In this document: positions 28,301 to 37,231 of the stretch, piece by piece
Layout: each line of letters begins with the position of its first letter
Position numbering within the stretch: position 1 is the first letter of the stretch
DNA from: a virus
Strand: one strand, 5' to 3'
DNA: 64,000 bases
Virus record (IMG/VR): IMGVR_UViG_3300025133_000026
Program-made: the position numbers and the translations under genes
The notes under the pieces: model-generated
What the model was told of the DNA's origin: nothing
The model's database searches: none
The model's input: the letters and a program-made list of their open reading frames with translations, nothing else

Positions 28301-30762
28301 CGAACGGAAAAGATCGGCTTTCCAGTCTCTGCATCAAGACCCAAGAAAACACCTTTTGGCAAATCCATATCAGGAAGACCTTGCTTTAGATAATCATCTA
28401 CAAAAGGTGAAGAAACTCCAGCGCCAACAACTCTTTGAGTATGAGGCGAAGCAAACCGTATTCCGTACCCACCTTTAGATGTTCTTGTTTTAAACTTCTC
28501 ATGAAGATACATTTCACCCTCAAGCAAAGAAAGGTTCTTCTCAAGAGTCATCACTTTCTTATCATCAATGACTTCAAAAGTTAATGCATGTGGGTTTAGG
28601 TAACCATATTTTCCGAGCAGCTCTTCTTCAAATTTGGCCCCAGGGTTTACTGGCATCCAACGGTTAAAAGCCTTCAAAGGTCCGCCTCGCATCGCAGCGC
28701 CCTTGTTCTTATCTAATTTCCACCCACCGTTAATGTGCGGACTAATGCCTTGTCCTGTTTGTACTTCTGTAGGAAGTACAACTGATATCTCTCTGAAGCT
28801 TTGATAGGGTCGTGACAATACAAAAGGCTCCATCTCTGCTTGTAAAACCTTTCCACTTGGACCAGCAAGAGCCTCTTCTGAAGGAAGTCCAGAATACCAA
28901 TCATAAGCAAGACGATTTTGCTTGTTGGTCATGATAAACATACCTTCCGCTGTTTGCTCAGGACCCATCAAGTGCACATTTGGTGACCCACCAAGGCGGG
29001 CCACGATTTTGTCTTTATCTTTTGTATAAAGTTTATTGTTAACATCTTCATAGATTTCTCTAGACACAGCAAGATTAGACTGAAGAACATTCTGTAATTC
29101 TGCCCCACTTGTTGAGCCAGGAGTGATGTAGCGAGAGAATTTTGAAATTCTCTCCATTCCGGATCTTAGAATACTTCGTCGCTCCCAGGGTCGAGTCTGG
29201 GGAGAAAGAATTCTTCCGAAAATATCTCTTCCTGCTTCCCATAGAGCAGTGCGTCCAGACACACTTTTTTCAGCACCCTCTATTCCAACCCTTGACATTG
29301 TATAAGCACTGCCATTAGAAGTTAAATAAGTACTCCCTGCATGTTTTCCTGGGAGGATCATTTCAAAAGGTCGGTGCGTCCCTTCCATAAACAACCGAAC
29401 ACGGAAGTAATTGCCAGGGTCAGAAGTATGCAAAGCACCTTGACGAAACAGAGTATCAACTTCAAGAGAAGCTCCTGTGGGTAATTGGTCAAGGCCAAGT
29501 CGTCTTGCTACTAGTTTTCTTTCTATATCTGTAGTAGCGCGGGATGAGACACCAGTACCACCGAATCCTTTGTTACTTGGAAGAGGAGTGCCTCCATTTT
29601 TCAAATTGTCATGAAGAGTTATCATTAGCTCTGCATCTAATGCAGCATACTGCATTTGCTGAGCAGATAAAGGCCTGAGGCTCCAGTCTGACTGTTGGTA
29701 AAGTTTTTCTACCCTAACCCCCATCTCTCTCTCAACCAAAGCGGCAAGACTATGGCTATAACCTTTTGTCTTGCCATATTTTTGCTGTGAGGCATCAAAA
29801 GTATCAAACACATTGTCAAGCTGTATACCAGCTTTTTCAAGAACTTCTTTTTCAAACTTAGAATAGTGGATTACTTTTGTTGCTGGCCCTTCCAAGATAG
29901 GCTTCAATACTTCTAAAGAAGAAAGTGTTTTCGCATCAATAATCCAAGTTCCTTCATTTGTCGCTAACTGAACGGTAGATATTTGTTTTGTTCCAAAAGT
30001 CTCAACATCGAGACCAAAAACCTCTACACCTTGAACACTTTTAACAAACTCTCCAACAGCTTGGGCACCAGAGAGAAACTTGACAGGCTTCGTCGTTTTT
30101 GCTGTTGGCAGAACGGGGGCTGGTAATGAGTAATCTCTTCGAGCCGCCCCCATGCCTTGAGAAAGTCCAGTAAACGAGATGTGTTCAGCTGAAACCCCGC
30201 CTCTTTTCAAGCTCTTTAGTTTCCCAAAAACACTACGATGACTGATTCCTTGGATTCTTAAAAACTCTCCTATTTCATTAGCACTAGCACCAGAGAGATA
30301 TCTGGCAGCATCAGCCATTGTATCCATCTTTCTGTTGTGGGTAGGGTCAAGCATTGTTGAGAATGCAGCCAAGCGAAGAAGAGGAAGTTCTTTTGCTGAG
30401 GTTTTCTTAGAAAAGTCTATAACTTCTTTTGCTAAACTAGCATCGTGCTGTGCGCTGCTGTGCCGTTGAAAACGCCCGGCGGTCTCAGCGACTAAACTCC
30501 CCAAGTCACGGAAGCCTCGTGATTTACGAGAAGGTAAGGTTAAGCTTGGTCGCGATGGAGTAGGAGAAGGCAGATTCCCCTCTTTCGTTGTTGTAAAAAG
30601 ACTGTCCGTCCATGCTCCAATATCTTTAAGAGCGTCAACAACCTCGTCTTGATTTCGAGAAATAGTCCATGCTGCGGCACCCAATGCAGGAGCCATTCCA
30701 ACTATAGTGCCCATGCTGGAGAAAATGCCGCCTAAGCCTGATTGTTCTAAATCATTGCTCAT
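25300..30762 (-). CDS. Putative single-chain two-barrel (DPBB) virion RNA polymerase with embedded DEDDy 3'-5' exonuclease (1820 aa)
   Basis: DFDKD (26563-26577) preceded by WRFPT (about 26764-26778) parallels beta-prime R-x-P...DFDGD. GTKLQQGISGGWKTT (about 28150-28215) parallels beta GDK...GNKG. Exonuclease motifs are LDVET, HYSKFE and YAALDA (about 29595-30030). Confidence 0.7.
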   Translation of the reverse strand: MSNDLEQSGLGGIFSSMGTIVGMAPALGAAAWTISRNQDEVVDALKDIGAWTDSLFTTTKEGNLPSPTPSRPSLTLPSRKSRGFRDLGSLVAETAGRFQRHSSAQHDASLAKEVIDFSKKTSAKELPLLRLAAFSTMLDPTHNRKMDTMADAARYLSGASANEIGEFLRIQGISHRSVFGKLKSLKRGGVSAEHISFTGLSQGMGAARRDYSLPAPVLPTAKTTKPVKFLSGAQAVGEFVKSVQGVEVFGLDVETFGTKQISTVQLATNEGTWIIDAKTLSSLEVLKPILEGPATKVIHYSKFEKEVLEKAGIQLDNVFDTFDASQQKYGKTKGYSHSLAALVEREMGVRVEKLYQQSDWSLRPLSAQQMQYAALDAELMITLHDNLKNGGTPLPSNKGFGGTGVSSRATTDIERKLVARRLGLDQLPTGASLEVDTLFRQGALHTSDPGNYFRVRLFMEGTHRPFEMILPGKHAGSTYLTSNGSAYTMSRVGIEGAEKSVSGRTALWEAGRDIFGRILSPQTRPWERRSILRSGMERISKFSRYITPGSTSGAELQNVLQSNLAVSREIYEDVNNKLYTKDKDKIVARLGGSPNVHLMGPEQTAEGMFIMTNKQNRLAYDWYSGLPSEEALAGPSGKVLQAEMEPFVLSRPYQSFREISVVLPTEVQTGQGISPHINGGWKLDKNKGAAMRGGPLKAFNRWMPVNPGAKFEEELLGKYGYLNPHALTFEVIDDKKVMTLEKNLSLLEGEMYLHEKFKTRTSKGGYGIRFASPHTQRVVGAGVSSPFVDDYLKQGLPDMDLPKGVFLGLDAETGKPIFSVRGRRMQDRLIGVTTDEAGNRVLQMQRIFGLGEGTKLQQGISGGWKTTLKFIDDKMMGTILGRINPADADSADYKLLSQGVEAVTTSATSVKQGAYGVKRQVAGALKYWASATLSAESDRRQKMKGILGVSPLDYLQGKMAKGAAGTLEDFMRAALLEAREIGVFGSALQTGTAFKGAAKVLGAKKFGGLLKDVGLSVAERKQVMTSIEQASGVISWGALVPADDPTLNKGRFATLEARSLDGLMTAGWKLGDKDLSSAMIQDLMSAISGENRGAVRMAATLRRSLSSLHGGKLPSESMNVMGYADSLLLDKERLYPKKDFLLDLRKVSPSQVDAVADIVPERFMLPGEESLETGVGYYRQKNSGRVDFRHITKEITRNVSGLRDAKSPEEARYFAKKLKTSMAKYSLAADKRITVNSLGPASSFVQAAGVSDLDLVLKAGKGSDEWAAAGRTIGEDLLGTLDQVDPGELKRTVFLSQNQARNLTRGAKLDAVSKKAFMKGESSMAGMIWRFPTVGEQSTQPVYLRVHQGLETADSSSRVVIQNRMKNINILNESAKQLLGGTIEADLGMAPGMTLDFDKDMVAIKIMQEKNAISIMTENKAGWAKFEQQFEARAAEQQILSKVLKKQMEQVNSQAAMGGLSRAAYKQRYSKDIGPLSRALEEVKYAVLTQSKDQDFISRTVNLLAVAEETGTLKAKKLERAPTLSRDLASALSSGGGRDPDILKFISHLSQELIPEELATGIDYSVGDGETRTLKVDDDYFHKLVNTFGDYLGSDDRKVFDVYRRKREQHGRDLSVEGLIKARELAKKSGDPGSAVLAAMLGEAEAAGASRETIEAINTELGDRARRAAGKLGDRFFGAPILLGLAGSALAFGLLGDPGYSPQPLLAEGEKVDPRILNAIRSGELLNAQRSQEPQMSIHQPVGSTDFLPDSQFHQPRMSLSRQGTSTRMSIRDDMSRINMGGFHQALRERLNKTSINSRIEDRRRVLSPAELNRERRKYE

Positions 30763-33700
30763 TTGAATCTATCCTCATATTTCTTTCTCATAGCAAAACG
30801 AGAGTCTTCTATATTGAGACGAACATCATTTCTACTTTGACTAGATCTTACATCAGAGACCTCAAGGTCATAGTCTATGATACCAAAGTCAGAGGCTGTC
30901 TGGTCGATTATCCTACGAACATCGTTTGAATTTTCTTTTGGAGACATCATTTCATCAACCATCTCTTCATTGATGTATGGTTTTCTTGCAAGAAGCCTGA
31001 CATGACTATCCCAGAAACCAAAATCATGAATATCCATACCTTCAGACATTGCATACTTTAACTTAACATCCTCTAAGTCTACACCTGGATGAAAGCCCAG
31101 CCAAGAGCGGTCGGGAATGCCACCCTTTTCATCAAAATAAGCAATAACCTCAGCCGGGTCTGGTTGGTATGCGCTATAGGCTTCTTGTAGTCGTTCTAAT
31201 GTTGCTGTGTCTCCAGAAAGTTCAGCATCCATGCGAGCCCATTGGGCTTGATAAATACGTCTATAAGATTCTGGAATCAACTGCAGAATTTCTTCTCTTT
31301 CGCTTAATGATCGCGCTGAAGAAAATGCATCAAAATATTTTCTTTGTACTGCAGGGAGGGCTGCACGGATAATATTCTGATCACCAAAAGCATCAACGCC
31401 AGTTACTGTATTGCTTTGTAAACGAATATAATCTTGCGCCTTAGAGCTGTCTCCTTCATTCAAAGCATTTTTTGCTAGGAGATTCCACTTTAAATACTCA
31501 AGTTTATCAAAATGTTCTTCAACATCTCTTACATCTTGCAGATAAGAAGGTGCACCGAATCCAAGAAGCCCCCTAAAAGAATTAAAGGCAGGACGAACCC
31601 AGTCACGAATTGGCTTGTCCCAGAAAGCTAATTGAGTACCATGCATATGATATTGTTCATAATGCTCAACAGGGGTTTCTACCCCTGAGAGTAATTTACT
31701 GAATGGACGGAAGCCAAACGGGAACAGGTATTCGACTGGAGCAACAAGTTTTTTGAATGCAACTGTCCATCCTCTTCCGGCGCCACTAAAAAAAGCTTTT
31801 GCTTTTGTTTGCTCATTCATATCAGTGACTTGACCAAAAAGCTTATTTCTTCTATTCTTTAATCTTTGATCAATTCTATTCAGTTTAGCCAATGTAGCTT
31901 CGCTATAGATGCCAGCTTCAATTCTTCTATTGATTTGTGTTTCAACTGTTCTGAATTCAGAAGACCAATAGGCTACATCAGAAAGAATCTTGTATTTATG
32001 TTCAAGGGGATAGTCTTCTGGATTTAATCCTTCAAGCTCAGGGTGCAGGGCTGCATACCCAGGCCCAGGCATTCGCCCTTCTCCATATGGAATGTTATAT
32101 GGATCTCCCGTTCTCAAATCCTTTGGCAGCCAAGAAGGCATCGCATTTGGAATCGGGTTGTATTCTTTGATTTCAGAACCCTTTGCAGGGTAATATCGAC
32201 GAATAGCTTCCGAGGCAAACAGAAGACCGCCTAGTTCCATATCCCAAAATTTCTTACTAATGCTAGAAATCTGTTCTGCAGACTGGAGTCTTGTGTCTTG
32301 AGAGAATAATCTTGGATCTCCACCACTAGTTATTCCGACATAAGTCTGTTGTAAGAAACCAACCAAACCTGCTTGTTCACTGCTACTGTACAAGAAATCA
32401 GAAAATCGATTCTTGGGAGAGAAAGGAGAAACAGGGACAGCAGCGCCCAGACCGCCTAGTTCTGGAATTGGCGGTGTCGATAAACTATCGGGCGGATGGA
32501 GCATTTCAAGTTCACCAGATTCGCTTACTTGGACCCACTCTCCAAGATGCATTAGCTTGGGTGGTTTTAGAACCCTACCCACAGTAGACGCCAGAATCTC
32601 TCCAACAAAAGGAACATCATTAAAAGCAGTTGCCGTAATTGGGTATGGTCTGCTTTCATAATTGCGTCGCTCTAACTCATATGTAAAGTTCTTTAAAAAG
32701 AACTTTTGTAAAGGAGAAAGCTGGTCTTCTGTTACACCCCAAGCTGCTTTTTCAACAGCTCTTGACATCATTAATGGATACCAGTGAGGTTTGTGGTGGG
32801 TAATGTCAGCACCTTCATAAGGTGTTCCTCCAGCCTCCCAAAGCCTACCTCTTCTTACAGCAACTTGTTCGTCTCCGGAATAAAGTGCTTTTAATTCTTC
32901 TGGACTTTCTTTAGAAGCTAACTGACCTGTTGCAAGAGCCCATGCTCCTGCACCCGCTAAGAACCGAATAGCCCCGCCTCGCAATGGCAAATGTCGATTC
33001 TTCCACCAGATAGTGGATCTATTTAACTCTTCTAATAATTTTCCACCACCAGAAGTGAAGGCGGCCTTCGTTTGTCTCCACCCTTTACCAAGAAACCCGT
33101 CTCCTTGGTTGATATAATCTGCCCATCTTTCATCGATTGATTTTTGAAGTGCTATCCTTGGGTTCTCGCTAGAAAGACCATGAAGCATGTCTTGTTCTAC
33201 ACTATTCCAGGTTTCCTTCGCAGCATCGAGATAGCCTGTTAAAGTGGTTGGAGATCTGGTTCTCATTCGAGAAGCCCAGTCTCTCCATCGATCAAAATAA
33301 CCGTGAACTGGTCGTGTTTCTGATACAGCCAATCCTGCTGATCGAATAGCACTCTCTCCTACAAAGGTATTAAGCATTTTACGCCCACCAACACCAACAA
33401 CAAGACCGGCCAACAAAGCAGTTTCCGGTTTTGAGGCAATTGGATGAAGGGAGTCTGCTAATTCTCTGTGCCCTGCTCCGATAAAAGGCAATACACCACC
33501 AAAAGCATGAGACATATGTGATCTAAAAAGGTTTCCTCTGGTCAGGACTGTTCCAAGGCCCGGCAAAATACCTTCATCGAAAACAGGAGCAAGGGTAGCG
33601 AGCGCAGTACCTGCCCCAACCAAAGCAGAAACTCGAGGAGAAGCACTATAAGCACCTCTGGCAATAATACCAGTCATTGCACCATAAGCACCAGCAGAAA

Positions 33701-34718
33701 CAAAATTTCCTAGTTCGTCGTTTCTTCGAAGCCAGTCAGCCGTAGATAAGCCTAATCCGACAATACCAATCTTCGCGCCAAGCTTTGCATAACGCGCTTG
33801 CATGCTAAAGAAAGACCCCTCTTTAACAACCATATTAAAATTAGGAAGAAAAGAACCCAGGATAGGAACTTCTTCTATAAACGTAGAAACTAATTGATTA
33901 AGACGTTGGCTAGCAAACGCACCAACTGTTCGTGCGTACTGAAGAGCAAAACCAGTCCTTGGGCTCAATTCCCCAAAATGAGGAAGAGAGACGCGGGAAG
34001 AAGCAGGAACAAACTCAGGCAGCTGGCGGACTCTTTGTCTTTCTAATATTGCTAAGTCTTCCGCTCGACTTAAATTGACCTCGGCTTGTGTCCTTGGAGC
34101 CCCAGAATATGCTGATCTCTCTGAGGTTAATTGTTGATGGAGGTCTTCGTCAACAAGAGAAAGATGTGCCGCAAAGAATCTATCGTAAGAGGAGTTTAGT
34201 GGATCTCCTCTTCTTAGAAGAAATATGTTGTCTGCTAAAGTTCGGCCGTTGAGGGTTAGCCTTCCACTAAATTCACCGGTTCTATGAAACTGCATAGCGG
34301 CATCACGAGCATGGAAGCCACGAGCAGCCAATTGGGTTTCAGACATACCGGTGACTTGACTAATATATCTTGCTGTATTTCTTCTATTATTTCCAAGGAA
34401 ATTGGTAGCAATGTTTACGGTACCACCAACAATTTTTTCATGCTCAACAAACGGAGAGACAATACCTGGTAGTCTGAGGGTAGGACCAAAGAAAGGAATG
34501 GCTTGTTCGAAGCCAGCAAGGCCTCTGTAGAGCCACGTAAAGCCCGTATCGCCCTGATAGGTCTTACGTCCTGCTGCCCAGAGAGCAGCGCCTCCTGCAG
34601 CCGTCCAGGCCCCAGTACGCGCAACTTGGCCCCAAGGACTGGAACCCCCATACACAGTGGGCTCAGATGACCAAGTAGGTCTCTGAGCCCTTTGTTGGTA
34701 CTCTCTTGATACGGCCAT
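30759..34718 (-). CDS. Tape-measure / ejection protein candidate (1319 aa)
   Basis: Follows the tube genes and two chaperones; helical, Ala/Gly-rich with hydrophobic stretches; stop overlaps the RNAP-like gene start. Confidence 0.5.
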   Translation of the reverse strand: MAVSREYQQRAQRPTWSSEPTVYGGSSPWGQVARTGAWTAAGGAALWAAGRKTYQGDTGFTWLYRGLAGFEQAIPFFGPTLRLPGIVSPFVEHEKIVGGTVNIATNFLGNNRRNTARYISQVTGMSETQLAARGFHARDAAMQFHRTGEFSGRLTLNGRTLADNIFLLRRGDPLNSSYDRFFAAHLSLVDEDLHQQLTSERSAYSGAPRTQAEVNLSRAEDLAILERQRVRQLPEFVPASSRVSLPHFGELSPRTGFALQYARTVGAFASQRLNQLVSTFIEEVPILGSFLPNFNMVVKEGSFFSMQARYAKLGAKIGIVGLGLSTADWLRRNDELGNFVSAGAYGAMTGIIARGAYSASPRVSALVGAGTALATLAPVFDEGILPGLGTVLTRGNLFRSHMSHAFGGVLPFIGAGHRELADSLHPIASKPETALLAGLVVGVGGRKMLNTFVGESAIRSAGLAVSETRPVHGYFDRWRDWASRMRTRSPTTLTGYLDAAKETWNSVEQDMLHGLSSENPRIALQKSIDERWADYINQGDGFLGKGWRQTKAAFTSGGGKLLEELNRSTIWWKNRHLPLRGGAIRFLAGAGAWALATGQLASKESPEELKALYSGDEQVAVRRGRLWEAGGTPYEGADITHHKPHWYPLMMSRAVEKAAWGVTEDQLSPLQKFFLKNFTYELERRNYESRPYPITATAFNDVPFVGEILASTVGRVLKPPKLMHLGEWVQVSESGELEMLHPPDSLSTPPIPELGGLGAAVPVSPFSPKNRFSDFLYSSSEQAGLVGFLQQTYVGITSGGDPRLFSQDTRLQSAEQISSISKKFWDMELGGLLFASEAIRRYYPAKGSEIKEYNPIPNAMPSWLPKDLRTGDPYNIPYGEGRMPGPGYAALHPELEGLNPEDYPLEHKYKILSDVAYWSSEFRTVETQINRRIEAGIYSEATLAKLNRIDQRLKNRRNKLFGQVTDMNEQTKAKAFFSGAGRGWTVAFKKLVAPVEYLFPFGFRPFSKLLSGVETPVEHYEQYHMHGTQLAFWDKPIRDWVRPAFNSFRGLLGFGAPSYLQDVRDVEEHFDKLEYLKWNLLAKNALNEGDSSKAQDYIRLQSNTVTGVDAFGDQNIIRAALPAVQRKYFDAFSSARSLSEREEILQLIPESYRRIYQAQWARMDAELSGDTATLERLQEAYSAYQPDPAEVIAYFDEKGGIPDRSWLGFHPGVDLEDVKLKYAMSEGMDIHDFGFWDSHVRLLARKPYINEEMVDEMMSPKENSNDVRRIIDQTASDFGIIDYDLEVSDVRSSQSRNDVRLNIEDSRFAMRKKYEDRFK

Positions 34719-35320
34719 TAAATATTCCTTAAGGCTCTTGTCTCTTCCGCTATCTTACGAGAATCGAGAACACCCGATTGTTTTACATTCTGATTGTTCG
34801 CTGTAATTTCATATGGCTTTTCAATTATACCACGCTCTAGAAGAACACTTTCGGCCATAGCAAACAGTCTTATCAGTTCTTGGAATTCAGTTTGTTCCAA
34901 GGTTTTTAGATTGTATGAGGGGAAAACTTGCATAATGACAGACTTGATTTGACAATCGACAGTACCAACATAACCTCTTTGAACATTTAGGGTTTGTTGT
35001 AGTTCATTTAATTGATCAATATTCGAGGCCGTAAAAATGAATTTGCCCACAGTGGATATAATCCCTGCAGGCAATTCAAGATTCTCTAAGAGACTTTCTT
35101 CCATTTTCAGAAGATTCTTCCACCAATCTCCAACAACACATAGTTGAAAAACGTGAATCCAAATTTCAAATTCTGGTATTCCATTCAAAAGAGAAGATTG
35201 ATAGAGAGAATGCTCCTTATTGTTTAGAAGACGAAAAGGAACAATCTGTCCATCTCTTAGTGTCAACCCATAGACTTCTGTACCTTTGGATATTTTCATA
35301 TCCAGAATGTCTTGGTGCAT
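34718..35320 (-). CDS. Tail assembly chaperone-like protein 2 (200 aa)
   Basis: Synteny before the tape measure; shares F.R.L...E...CV...AG pattern with the upstream chaperone. Confidence 0.55.
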   Translation of the reverse strand: MHQDILDMKISKGTEVYGLTLRDGQIVPFRLLNNKEHSLYQSSLLNGIPEFEIWIHVFQLCVVGDWWKNLLKMEESLLENLELPAGIISTVGKFIFTASNIDQLNELQQTLNVQRGYVGTVDCQIKSVIMQVFPSYNLKTLEQTEFQELIRLFAMAESVLLERGIIEKPYEITANNQNVKQSGVLDSRKIAEETRALRNI

Positions 35321-35326
35321 AGAATT

Positions 35327-35884
35327 CTATAGCTTAACTACAAGACTCATCGCACGTTCAGGCTCAATGAAGTAAGAGGACTGCATAATTACTTCGAAAA
35401 GAAGATCTCTTAGTCCAGCCTGCTTCGTCATTGCGGAGGTCCCCGCCATTGCGGGCCAGAGGACACAACGTTGTACAACAGCATCTTTTAGCGCTTCTTG
35501 GTCTTGGACTAACTTCTCATTCGCAAGTAGTTGCTTATACCATTCAAAATGCTTTAGGTAGCGATAAACAAAAACATCACTACTGTGAAGAGGAAGAACA
35601 TATAGATCACCATGTGCCGCTTTCCATGCAACTAGGTCTGCCTCTGACGGGCCATTTTCTAACTGAAGAAGCAAATCCATCGGAGTTGGGCCTGCGGGTG
35701 CAGTAGCTTCTTCTTGGGCTTCGACGGCGGGGGAACCTTCTGCAGCAGCTCTTGCTGCTTCCACTTCTGCCATTCTTGCATCCATCGCTGACGGCTGTGC
35801 CTCCTTCTCTGGTGCCATTTGTGCAGCTTCCATAGCTGCTTTCTTTTTGGCTAATTCTTTAGCCATTGTACTCGTACTTGCCAT
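35327..35884 (-). CDS. Tail assembly chaperone-like protein 1 (185 aa)
   Basis: WKAAHGDLYVL...FVYRYL...VQRCVLWP...AGLRDLL is a myophage chaperone pattern; follows the tube genes. Confidence 0.6.
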   Translation of the reverse strand: MASTSTMAKELAKKKAAMEAAQMAPEKEAQPSAMDARMAEVEAARAAAEGSPAVEAQEEATAPAGPTPMDLLLQLENGPSEADLVAWKAAHGDLYVLPLHSSDVFVYRYLKHFEWYKQLLANEKLVQDQEALKDAVVQRCVLWPAMAGTSAMTKQAGLRDLLFEVIMQSSYFIEPERAMSLVVKL

Positions 35885-35897
35885 TCTATAAAGCTCC

Positions 35898-36533
35898 TTA
35901 TCTTATCTCTCTAGCAATAAAAGGATATGATTCAATGATTGGTTCGCCACCTACGCCCACCGTCTGTGCCGAACCTGTTATATGCACACCTGCTAGTTCT
36001 AAACTTGTTCTATTAGCTTCTGCCCCCAAATCAGGGGGAGGACCATATTGTACCCTAATTACAAAAGATTGCGAATGTTCGTCTGGACGCTTAAAAGCTG
36101 TCGGGACTACTGTTGTGTCTGGAGTTGACCAGTACCTTTCTACAAGCAAGGCGCGCACCTCCTTATTCAGACCCGGCATGGTGCTATTTGGGTCTATTCG
36201 CTCTGTAACTTGAGCTATCTGATCTTTATCATTTAATACACTAACATACGATTCACCACCACTCCCTTGTTGAGCCATGTCTATTAGAGTAGGAAGACGT
36301 GCTCCATCAAGAAAATTCATATGCAAAACACCAGAAACCTGTACGATCCCTGGAGCAACTGCATCATATAGAGAAGAAGCATAACCATAGATGGGTCTCT
36401 TCAGTTGAATAAGCTGGAACTCAACCCCAACTATTTCTGTTAGTAAACGAGAACCAATAAAGAGACCAATGTTCGCCCCACTGAAATAATCGTATGAATA
36501 CGAAGTTTCTTCAACAAAACTATAATCGGCCAT
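35898..36533 (-). CDS. Tail tube-like protein, paralog 3 (211 aa)
   Basis: FSGANI...QLKRPIYGYAS...GIVQVSGVL...IIESYPFIARE parallels the tube protein. Confidence 0.7.
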   Translation of the reverse strand: MADYSFVEETSYSYDYFSGANIGLFIGSRLLTEIVGVEFQLIQLKRPIYGYASSLYDAVAPGIVQVSGVLHMNFLDGARLPTLIDMAQQGSGGESYVSVLNDKDQIAQVTERIDPNSTMPGLNKEVRALLVERYWSTPDTTVVPTAFKRPDEHSQSFVIRVQYGPPPDLGAEANRTSLELAGVHITGSAQTVGVGGEPIIESYPFIAREIR

Positions 36534-36536
36534 CAG

Positions 36537-37226
36537 TTACCCCTTGTATTTGCTATAGGGGCCATCCCCTATTCCATAACTGTATTGGTTTTTAGCAGAT
36601 CTTCCAGTAGGAGTTTTTGTGACAGATAGTGTGCTATCTGTTTCAACACTGGCCACAGTAGAAGCCGCATCGTCTATATCTGGTTGGCGTTCTATGTCAA
36701 AGGCTTCATCTTGATGAAAGACAATAATGTCTCTAGCCTTGTATTGGTAAGTGTTTTCTGTGATCATATCTTCTACTGAAGTTACTATACCATCACTCAC
36801 TAGGTCCACACCAATAACTGCAAAGCTAGCGCGATGCCCCAGCTCACTAGCGTAGGTAATAATTAGATGAAAAGGAGGGATTTCATCAGGAAACATTAAA
36901 TTTGTTCCTTCTCTCCTTGGTCCACCAAAGCCTGCATCATAACTAAAATCATACTTGTACTCATTAAACAGGTCCCTGAGAGGATGATCTGCGAGGATAG
37001 TAGCTACAAGCGAACCCGCAATAACACGAGGGCCTCTGGTGTGTCCTTTAACATTTGTATATCCCAAAGCTCTCACAGGAGATTTCTCCCTAAAGATAGA
37101 GACAGAGACTGTCTGTAAGGACTGTAGAAAAACTAACCCTGTCTTTCCGGGTACTAGAGCATAAACTCTAGCATCAGTCCCGGAAAAAGACAGGGGGATG
37201 TTCTCTGTAAGAACACTAGTAGGCAT
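36537..37226 (-). CDS. Tail tube-like protein, paralog 2 (229 aa)
   Basis: FSGTD...LQTVSVSIFREKSPVRALG...RGPRVIAGSL...DEIPPF...SVEDMITENTYQYKARD. Confidence 0.75.
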   Translation of the reverse strand: MPTSVLTENIPLSFSGTDARVYALVPGKTGLVFLQSLQTVSVSIFREKSPVRALGYTNVKGHTRGPRVIAGSLVATILADHPLRDLFNEYKYDFSYDAGFGGPRREGTNLMFPDEIPPFHLIITYASELGHRASFAVIGVDLVSDGIVTSVEDMITENTYQYKARDIIVFHQDEAFDIERQPDIDDAASTVASVETDSTLSVTKTPTGRSAKNQYSYGIGDGPYSKYKG

Positions 37227-37231
37227 ATGAT

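Noticed and set aside
25300-30762. Calling the 1820-aa protein a DNA polymerase I because of its exonuclease
   Set aside because: No family A polymerase motifs A, B or C are present. The remaining motifs fit a two-barrel RNA polymerase.
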